The notes under the pieces are model-generated. The model saw only the letters and a program-made list of their open reading frames with translations. It made no database searches and was not told where the DNA came from. The position numbers and the translations under genes were made by a program. Shown piece by piece: positions 18,470-25,340 of a stretch of 64,000 nucleotides of DNA. The DNA comes from an uncultured bacterium (GTDB lineage Bacteria > Omnitrophota > Omnitrophia > Omnitrophales > Aquincolibacteriaceae): positions 3,977 to 67,976 of the forward strand of contig CAZDVO010000001.1 in assembly GCA_964508905.1 (NCBI GenBank), in the 5' to 3' direction. The first letter of the stretch is position 1. Every line of letters begins with the position of its first letter.

Positions 18470-19192
18470 TGATGATTGCAACAGATCCGGCCGCTTCTGG
18501 CGCGTGACCCGCTCGGCTTCATGATGACGCCAAAGGTCCACTTCTTTATGATCCCCGGAGAACAGCACCTCCGGGACTTTCCAACCCCGGTACTCCCGGG
18601 GCCTCGTATAATGAGGATGCTCAAGCATCCCCGTTTGAAAACTCTCGTGCTCGATCGACGCCGCGTTCCCGAGCACTCCCGGGACGAGCCGCGTCACCGC
18701 TTCGATCAGACACAACGCGGGAGCTTCCCCGCCCATCGTAATAAAATCACCGACCGAGATCTCCTGGTCGACCAGATGATCCTTCACGCGCTGGTCCACG
18801 CCTTCATAATGCCCCGCGATCAGGACCAGGTGCTTCTTTTTCGCGAGTTTCGCCGCGAGCTTCTGGCTCATCGGCTCCCCCTGGGGATCCATCAACACCA
18901 CCCAGGCTTTCTTTCCGACCTCTTCGACGCATTCAAAGAGAGGCTCGGGTTTCATCACCATCCCGGCCCCGCCTCCGAAGGGTTTATCGTCCGCGGTCTT
19001 ATGCCGGTCGTGCGTCCAATCCCGAAGATCATGCGTCCGGATCCGGACCCGCTTCTTCGCCTGGGCCTTTTCCAGAAGCGATTCCCCAAGCGGGCTTTTA
19101 AAGAACTCCGGAAAAAGCGTTACGATATCGATCGTAAGCCCCGTTAGAGATCCCCGCCTTTGTTGCTTCCCATTCTTTGAAACAGCTGGCAT
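18461..19192 (-). CDS. trmD: tRNA (guanine37-N1)-methyltransferase
   Basis: ...IDIVTLFPEFF...DDKPFGGGAGMVMKPEP...LIAGHYEGVDQRV...GDFITMGGEAPALCLIEAV... The N-terminus is uncertain. The ATG at 19192 lies inside inverted-repeat element 2 and would add a 20-aa extension. Homology points to a start near LTIDIV, but no canonical start codon is present there. Confidence 0.8.
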   Translation of the reverse strand: MPAVSKNGKQQRRGSLTGLTIDIVTLFPEFFKSPLGESLLEKAQAKKRVRIRTHDLRDWTHDRHKTADDKPFGGGAGMVMKPEPLFECVEEVGKKAWVVLMDPQGEPMSQKLAAKLAKKKHLVLIAGHYEGVDQRVKDHLVDQEISVGDFITMGGEAPALCLIEAVTRLVPGVLGNAASIEHESFQTGMLEHPHYTRPREYRGWKVPEVLFSGDHKEVDLWRHHEAERVTRQKRPDLLQSSPR

Positions 19193-19242
19193 GGCTCCTT
19201 CTCCCCACCAAACAACCTAAACCATGCTTATCTCTAACGGGG
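19139..19242. repeat. Intergenic element bounded by the inverted repeat CCCCGTTAGAGAT ... ATCTCTAACGGGG (copy 2 of 3), between rpsP and trmD
   Basis: A perfect 13-bp inverted repeat with about 77 bp of unrelated interior. The right arm is nested in a second small hairpin, CATGCTTA...TAAGCATG. The element occupies the position where rimM lies in the canonical rpsP-rimM-trmD-rplS operon. Confidence 0.6.
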
Positions 19243-19274
19243 TAAGCATGCGGACGCCCTCCGGCCTTTAGGCC

Positions 19275-19535
19275 TTAGGCGCTCTTCTTCGACGTTTTCT
19301 TCTTTTCACGACGGACCAGGCTCTTCAAAGCGACGCTCATCTGCGCGCCCTGCTTCACCCAATAATCCAGGCGATCCTGCTTCACGATGAACTTATCTTC
19401 TTTGGGAAGAGCATCGTAAAAACCGATCTCCTCGATAAAGCGCCCATCACGCGGCATCTTCGCGTCACTGACCACGATGCGCCACTGCGGACGGCCCTTA
19501 GTACCGACACGTTTCATTCTGATCTTGACTGCCAC
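19275..19535 (-). CDS. rpsP: 30S ribosomal protein S16
   Basis: MAVKIRMKRVGTKGRPQWRIVVSDAKMPRDGRFIEEIGFYDALP... Confidence 0.9.
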   Translation of the reverse strand: MAVKIRMKRVGTKGRPQWRIVVSDAKMPRDGRFIEEIGFYDALPKEDKFIVKQDRLDYWVKQGAQMSVALKSLVRREKKKTSKKSA

Positions 19536-19548
19536 ATTGCCTCCTTGA

Positions 19549-20814
19549 TTATTCCTTTTCCCTTCGGATCACGGCTCCGAGAGAAGTCAGTTTCTGTTCG
19601 AGGTTCTCATAACCCCGGTCCAGATGATACACGCGATGGACCTCCGTCGCGCCTTCCGCTACCAGGCCCGCGAGCACAAGCGCCGCGCTGGCCCTGAGAT
19701 CGGACGCCATTACGGGCGCCCCGCTCAACTTTTTAACGCCGTGCACGATCGCGCTCGGCCCTTCCAAAAACACTTTGGCTCCCATACGCCCAAGTTCCGG
19801 CACATGCATGAACCGGTTCGGATAGATCTTTTCGGTCATAATGCTGATACCCGGCGTGACCGTTGCCAGCGCCATGGCCTGGGCCTGCAAGTCCGTCGGG
19901 AACGCCGGATACGGCAACGTCGTAATGTCGACCGGCTTCAACCGCCCGTTCTTCCTCACGCGCACCGAGGTCTTGAATTTATCCACGCGCACGCCCGCCT
20001 GCAACAACTTGTCAAACACCGCGTTCAAGTGGCTCGGTTCCATCTTGCGGACCAAGATATCTCCGCCTGTGATCGCCGCCGCATAAAGGAACGTCCCTGC
20101 CTCGATCCGGTCCGGGATCACCACGTGTTCCGCGCCGTGCAATTTGCGCACCCCTTCGATCTCGATCCGCGGAGAACCTTCCCCCGTGATCTTGGCGCCC
20201 ATCTTTTTCAAGAAACGCGCGAGATCCACGACCTCCGGCTCGCACGCCGCGTTCTCGATCACCGTTTTCCCCGGCGCCAGCGTCGCGGCCATCATCACGT
20301 TATCCGTCGCCAACACCGAAGATCCGTAACCGCCGCCCAGATAGATCTCGGCCCCGCGTAATTTCCCGCGCGCGGTCACGCGCACATACCCGTGCTTGAT
20401 ATCAATATTCGCGTTAAGTGCTTCCAGCCCCTTCAAGTGAAGATCGATGGGCCTTGGCCCGATCGCGCAACCGCCCGGGAGCGATACTTCCGCTTCCCCG
20501 AGACGCGTCAAAAGCGGCCCGAGCACGCAAACCGACGCGCGCATGGTCTTGACGAGTTTGTAAGGCGCCAAAGCCTTCAGGTTCTTGCCGGGCTTGACCT
20601 TCAGGCACCCATTCTCCAGGATCGCCTTCGCGCCCAGAGACCGGAGCAACTTGACCATCGTGTGAACGTCCCACAGCGATGGGACGTTCGTAATAACGGA
20701 CTCTTCTTCTGAAAGAAGGGCCGCCGCCATGATCGGCAGAACCGCGTTCTTGGACCCCGAAACGTCGACTTCCCCTCTAAGGCGGTTCCCGCCCTCGATC
20801 ACGATCTTATCCAT
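19549..20814 (-). CDS. murA: UDP-N-acetylglucosamine 1-carboxyvinyltransferase
   Basis: [34 protein letters not shown]... The 421-aa protein is MurA-like along its full length. Confidence 0.9.
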   Translation of the reverse strand: MDKIVIEGGNRLRGEVDVSGSKNAVLPIMAAALLSEEESVITNVPSLWDVHTMVKLLRSLGAKAILENGCLKVKPGKNLKALAPYKLVKTMRASVCVLGPLLTRLGEAEVSLPGGCAIGPRPIDLHLKGLEALNANIDIKHGYVRVTARGKLRGAEIYLGGGYGSSVLATDNVMMAATLAPGKTVIENAACEPEVVDLARFLKKMGAKITGEGSPRIEIEGVRKLHGAEHVVIPDRIEAGTFLYAAAITGGDILVRKMEPSHLNAVFDKLLQAGVRVDKFKTSVRVRKNGRLKPVDITTLPYPAFPTDLQAQAMALATVTPGISIMTEKIYPNRFMHVPELGRMGAKVFLEGPSAIVHGVKKLSGAPVMASDLRASAALVLAGLVAEGATEVHRVYHLDRGYENLEQKLTSLGAVIRREKE

Positions 20815-21700
20815 GACGATGAAGACACCTTTGGGCCATCACGACCCGCTGAACCTGTAAATGGTCTTTGAAACGCTGAATACTATCATAACCCGCTTCC
20901 TGAAGCCACTTTGAAACCGCTCCATCCTGTCCCAACCCGACTTCCAGGGCCAGAAGTCCTCCCGGCGTCAAATGCCCTTTCGCTTGGGCCACGATCCTCC
21001 GGTAAAGCTCCAACCCGTCCGCACCGCCATCCAAAGCTCCCCGCGGCTCGAATTTCAACTCTTCCTGAAGCTCTCCAAGGTCTTTCGCCGAAAGATAGGG
21101 AGGATTTGAAACGATCACATCCCACTTCTTTTCTTCCGGAAAAGCTTCGAACAGGTCGCCCTGCACCTTTTCAGCCCGGCCTTCAAGCCCGTAACGCGCG
21201 ATATTTTTCCACGCGACTTCAAGCGCCCCGGGCGAAACGTCCAAAAGCGTTCCTGTCGCTTCCGGGCAAGCTCTCAGGATCGCCACCGCGATCGCCCCGG
21301 AACCCGTGCCAATATCTAGGAACGAAAATGCCTGGGAGGCCTTCGGCCCCAAAGCCTTCAACACCTGTTCCACGAGGATTTCCGTTTCCGGCCTCGGGAT
21401 GAGACATCGCTCATCGACAAAAAGCGTTTCTTTCCAAAAATCCGCTTCGTTCAAGAGATACGCGAGCGGGATCCGCTGCGTTCTTTTTTCGAGGGCCCTC
21501 AAAAACCGCTCGCGAACTCCCGAAACCTCGAGCTCATGATCCTTCAGATAGATCTCGGAACGCGCGCAACCCAAAAGCTTCATCAGGACCCGCTCGCATT
21601 CTTCCTGCGCTTCCTCGATCCCCGCTCGTAAAAGCTCCCGCTGTCCCCACGCCATCAACTCGAGCAAAGGGCCGTTCTTCACTTTTCTTGAACAACTCAT
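20807..21700 (-). CDS. prmC: Release factor glutamine N5-methyltransferase PrmC (HemK)
   Basis: DIGTGSGAIAVAIL...VIVSNPPYL (the NPPY motif), and it lies immediately downstream of prfA. Confidence 0.8.
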   Translation of the reverse strand: MSCSRKVKNGPLLELMAWGQRELLRAGIEEAQEECERVLMKLLGCARSEIYLKDHELEVSGVRERFLRALEKRTQRIPLAYLLNEADFWKETLFVDERCLIPRPETEILVEQVLKALGPKASQAFSFLDIGTGSGAIAVAILRACPEATGTLLDVSPGALEVAWKNIARYGLEGRAEKVQGDLFEAFPEEKKWDVIVSNPPYLSAKDLGELQEELKFEPRGALDGGADGLELYRRIVAQAKGHLTPGGLLALEVGLGQDGAVSKWLQEAGYDSIQRFKDHLQVQRVVMAQRCLHRHG

Positions 21701-22773
21701 AGCGTTGTCAACAGCCGGACCTTCTCATCTTCTTCAAGCGCCTTCACGACCGGATCCAACCGGCCATCCATGATCAAGTTCAAACTGTAAAGCGTAAGAC
21801 CGATCCGGTGGTCCGTCACCCGGTTATCGGGATAATTATAGGTCCGGATCTTCCCCGACCTGTCCCCCGACCCCACCTGCTCTTTGCGCTGCTTGGCCTG
21901 TTCCGCTTCCTGCTGTTCCCGTTTGAAATCAAAGATCTTCGCGCGCAGGATCCGCATTGCCTTGACCTTATTCTTCTGCTGGGAACGTTCGTCCTGACAC
22001 GCCACCACGAATCCCGTCGGTAAATGCGTGATCCTCACCGCGGACTCGGTTTTATTGACGTGCTGCCCGCCCGCGCCCGAGGCGCGATAAACGTCGATCC
22101 TCAGATCGTCGGGTTTGATCTCGATCTCTTCTTCCGCGACTTCCGGCATCACCGCCACGGTCACGGCCGAGGTGTGAATGCGTCCGCTCGCTTCGGTCTT
22201 TGGCACCCGCTGCACGCGGTGGATCCCGCTTTCATATTTAAAATAGCTGAAAACCCGCTCCCCCGTAACGCCGAAAATGATCTCCTTGAACCCGCCGATC
22301 CCGGTCGGATTCGAATCGATCACCTCCACGCGAAGCCCGTGATCCCCCGCGTACATGCTGTACATCCGGAAAAGATCCGCCACAAAAAGAGCCGCTTCCT
22401 CGCCGCCGGTCCCGGCGCGTACCTCCACGATCACATCACGCGCCGCATTCGGCTCCATCCCGCGGAGAAAAAGGGATTCAAGCTGGCTTTCGCGTTCCGC
22501 TTGCGCGGGTTCCAGCGCCTTCAACTCCTCTTCGATCAGCGCCTTCATCGCGCCATCGCCCTGACTTTCCGCCAAGCTGTGTTTCAACCCTTCGATCTCG
22601 CGTTCGGTCTTCCGGTAAGCGTCAAAGGTTTCCATGATCGGGCGCAGCAAGGCGATCTCCTTGCTCATCGCCTGGATCTTTTGCCTGTCCTTGGAGACCT
22701 CCGGACTGGAAAGCAATGCTTCGAGTTCCCGAAACCTCGCTTCCGTCTTTTCTAACCGGCCGCGTATTCTCAT
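21697..22773 (-). CDS. prfA: Peptide chain release factor 1
   Basis: The GGQ motif (YRASGAGGQHVNKTESAVRITHLPTGFVV) and a PKT-type tripeptide are present. The likely start is the ATG at 22771-22773 (MRIRGRLEK...). The ORF-track start at 22791 is a TTG inside the hairpin repeat. Confidence 0.9.
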   Translation of the reverse strand: MRIRGRLEKTEARFRELEALLSSPEVSKDRQKIQAMSKEIALLRPIMETFDAYRKTEREIEGLKHSLAESQGDGAMKALIEEELKALEPAQAERESQLESLFLRGMEPNAARDVIVEVRAGTGGEEAALFVADLFRMYSMYAGDHGLRVEVIDSNPTGIGGFKEIIFGVTGERVFSYFKYESGIHRVQRVPKTEASGRIHTSAVTVAVMPEVAEEEIEIKPDDLRIDVYRASGAGGQHVNKTESAVRITHLPTGFVVACQDERSQQKNKVKAMRILRAKIFDFKREQQEAEQAKQRKEQVGSGDRSGKIRTYNYPDNRVTDHRIGLTLYSLNLIMDGRLDPVVKALEEDEKVRLLTTL

Positions 22774-22782
22774 ATTTCGTCC

Positions 22783-22858
22783 GACGCGCAACGCACAACG
22801 CGCAACGTCTTGGCTTTAGCCCTTTCGTTGCGCGTTGAACGTTGACCGTTGCGCGGGA
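22783..22858. repeat. GCGCAACG/CGTTGCGC hairpin repeat (copy 2 of 4), between rpmE and prfA
   Basis: gacgcgcaacgcacaacgcgcaacg...cgttgcgcgttgaacgttgaccgttgcgcgggattatt. It ends with TTGCGCGGGATTATT directly abutting the rpmE stop codon, the same junction as copy 4 has with yidC. No U-tract follows, so it is not a classical intrinsic terminator. Confidence 0.55.
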
Positions 22859-23182
22859 TTATTTTCCCTGAGCTTTCACTTTATCGCGAAGGGCCTGAAG
22901 CTTTTCCTTGCGGGCTTCTTCGGAGAACTTGAGTTTCACGGGCATCTTGGGAACGGCCTTGGTCGTTTTCTTGGTCTCGGCCACGCGGTCCTGGAACTTT
23001 TTCTTGAACCGGTCGATACGGCCGGCCGTATCGAGGATCTTCTGCTTGCCCGTATAGAACGGATGACAGACTGAGCAGATATCGACCTGAATGCTCGACA
23101 CCACGCTGCGGGTCTCGATCACGTTGCCGCACGCGCAACGGATCGTGGAAGGACCGTAATTGGGATGGATCTCTTTTTTCAT
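22859..23182 (-). CDS. rpmE: 50S ribosomal protein L31 with a Lys-rich C-terminal extension
   Basis: [48 protein letters not shown]... is L31. About 35 extra C-terminal residues (...[37 protein letters not shown]). Confidence 0.85.
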   Translation of the reverse strand: MKKEIHPNYGPSTIRCACGNVIETRSVVSSIQVDICSVCHPFYTGKQKILDTAGRIDRFKKKFQDRVAETKKTTKAVPKMPVKLKFSEEARKEKLQALRDKVKAQGK

Positions 23183-23185
23183 GGC

Positions 23186-24619
23186 TTACTCCTTGGCTTT
23201 GTTCATGCTGAGAAGAAAATCAGCGTTGGATTTGGTTTTTTTAAGACGATCCACCAGAAGCTCCATCGCCTCTGACGGGTTAAGCTCGTTCAGGACCTTG
23301 CGGAGGATCCACACGCGATTGAGTTCCTCGGCGGGGATCAGCAGGTCTTCCTTACGGGTGTTCGACTTCTTCACATCGATGGCCGGGTAGATCCTGCGCT
23401 GGAAGAGGTTGCGATCCAGCTGGAGTTCCATGTTCCCCGTGCCTTTGAACTCTTCAAAAATGACCTCGTCCATACGCGACCCCGTGTCCACGAGCGCGGT
23501 CGCGATGATCGTCATACTGCCGCCCTCTTCCACGTTACGCGCTGACCCGAAAAAGCGTTTCGGCTTATGGAGCGCGTTGGAATCGACACCGCCCGAGAGG
23601 ATCTTCCCGGAATGCGGCGCCACCGTGTTGTAGGCGCGCGCGAGACGAGTGATCGAATCCAGCAGGATCACCACGTCGCGTTTGTGTTCGACCAGGCGCT
23701 TGGCCTTTTCGAGCACGATCTCCGCGACCTGAACGTGCCGGTCCGCCGGTTCGTCAAAGGTCGAAGCGATGACTTCGCCCTTCACCGACCGCTGCATGTC
23801 GGTCACCTCTTCCGGGCGTTCATCGATCAACAGCACGATCAGGTATGAATCCGGATGGTTGGTGGTAATGCTGTTGGCAAGCTTCTGGAGCAGGATCGTT
23901 TTACCGCTATAAGGCGGCGCCACGATCAGTCCGCGCTGGCCGAAACCGATCGGCGTCAGCAGGTCCATCACGCGCATCGACGCTTCTTCCTGTGTCGTTT
24001 CAAGCTTGATCCGCTGATCCGGATAAAGCGGCGTCAGGTTATCGAACGCGATCTTGTCCTTGCTCATATCCGGTTCTTCGAAATTGATCATCTCGACCTT
24101 GAGCAGGGCAAAATAACGCTCCCCCTCTTTCGGCGGGCGGATCAATCCTCCCACCACGTCGCCGGTCCGCAGATTAAAGCGGCGGATCTGGCTCGGGCTG
24201 ACATAGATGTCGTCCGGGGAAGGCAAGTAGTTGTAGTTCGGAGAGCGCAGGAAGCCGAAACCGTCTTCCAGGATCTCCAACACGCCTTCGCCGAACATCA
24301 GCCCCGACTGCTGGGCCTGTCCCTGGAGGACCTTGAAGATCAGGTCCTGGCGCTTGAGCCCGGCCACGTTCTCGATATTGAACTTGTGGGCCATTTTCTG
24401 CAACTCGCTGATCTTGATCTTCTTGAGGCTGACCACATCCAGCGGCTTTTCGCCGGATTTTTGCTGCGCGATCGCTTTTTCAAGCGCCTCGCCGTTCGCG
24501 GCCGCATCCTCCTGCATCATCCGCGGCGGGCGGGGCTTGTTGTTCCCGTCCTCGGCACGGCGGTGATGCGTATGAGATCGCTCCCGGGGTTCCCGCATGT
24601 CTCTGGTATCTCTTGTCAT
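23186..24619 (-). CDS. rho: Transcription termination factor Rho
   Basis: The RNA-binding and RecA-like domains are present (...[22 protein letters not shown]...[12 protein letters not shown]...). It also has an Arg/His-rich N-terminal extension of about 100 aa. Confidence 0.9.
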   Translation of the reverse strand: MTRDTRDMREPRERSHTHHRRAEDGNNKPRPPRMMQEDAAANGEALEKAIAQQKSGEKPLDVVSLKKIKISELQKMAHKFNIENVAGLKRQDLIFKVLQGQAQQSGLMFGEGVLEILEDGFGFLRSPNYNYLPSPDDIYVSPSQIRRFNLRTGDVVGGLIRPPKEGERYFALLKVEMINFEEPDMSKDKIAFDNLTPLYPDQRIKLETTQEEASMRVMDLLTPIGFGQRGLIVAPPYSGKTILLQKLANSITTNHPDSYLIVLLIDERPEEVTDMQRSVKGEVIASTFDEPADRHVQVAEIVLEKAKRLVEHKRDVVILLDSITRLARAYNTVAPHSGKILSGGVDSNALHKPKRFFGSARNVEEGGSMTIIATALVDTGSRMDEVIFEEFKGTGNMELQLDRNLFQRRIYPAIDVKKSNTRKEDLLIPAEELNRVWILRKVLNELNPSEAMELLVDRLKKTKSNADFLLSMNKAKE

Positions 24620-24686
24620 TGTTTACTGGCTCCTTTTTTGATGAAAATACGTCTCGCGGGCACAAGCACCCGAAAAACGCCGGCCT

Positions 24687-25340
24687 TCAGGCCGCCTGCA
24701 ACGGAGTGCCGTCATCTGCGACAACGGCCCTCTTGATCCCTGCTTTCGCGAGAGCGAGGAACTTGTACCAAAAACGTTCGATCTCTCTCTGCGTTTGATA
24801 AATGGTCTTCGAATTGTCGATCGTGAAATCCGCCTTTTGCGCCTTCAGGGTCTCCGCCATCTGCGCCTGCTCGCGCGACCGGATCTCCTTGACCGAAAAA
24901 TGCTTGGACTGAAGACGCTTCAGCTTGATCGCGGAGTTACACGTCACGACCAGCACCTTGTCGCACAGCTTTTCAAATCCCGCCTCGAAAAGAAGCGGCA
25001 CTTCCACGATCACGACGCGGCTGGTGGATCCTTCGACCTTTTCCCGGATCCTCTCATAAACGTAAGGATGAATGACCTTCTCCAGCTCCTTACGCCGTTT
25101 GGCGTCCGAGAAGACCACCTCGGCGATCTTCTCGCGTTCCATCTTCTTGCCGCCGGGATGAAGCGCTTCCGGAAAAAGCTCGATGACCGCGTCAAAGACC
25201 GGGCTCCCCTTTTTCATCGAAGCGTGCGCGATATCATCAGCATCGATCACTTCCGCGCCCAGATTCTTGAACCGCTGGGCCACGGAACTTTTCCCGACCC
25301 CGAAGCCACCGGTCAGTCCCACCACTAATCTTTGTACCAT
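24687..25340 (-). CDS. coaE: Dephospho-CoA kinase
   Basis: VVGLTGGFGVGKSSVAQRFKNLGAEVIDADDIAH... Confidence 0.8.
   Translation of the reverse strand: MVQRLVVGLTGGFGVGKSSVAQRFKNLGAEVIDADDIAHASMKKGSPVFDAVIELFPEALHPGGKKMEREKIAEVVFSDAKRRKELEKVIHPYVYERIREKVEGSTSRVVIVEVPLLFEAGFEKLCDKVLVVTCNSAIKLKRLQSKHFSVKEIRSREQAQMAETLKAQKADFTIDNSKTIYQTQREIERFWYKFLALAKAGIKRAVVADDGTPLQAA

Noticed and set aside
18348-19242. Inverted-repeat-bounded elements interpreted as integron attC sites
   Set aside because: The ends GTTAGAG / CTCTAAC superficially resemble the attC core GTTRRRY / RYYYAAC, but the polarity is reversed (5'-GTTAGAG...CTCTAAC-3' on both strands). The flanking genes are core ribosomal and fatty-acid genes rather than cassettes, and no intI is nearby.
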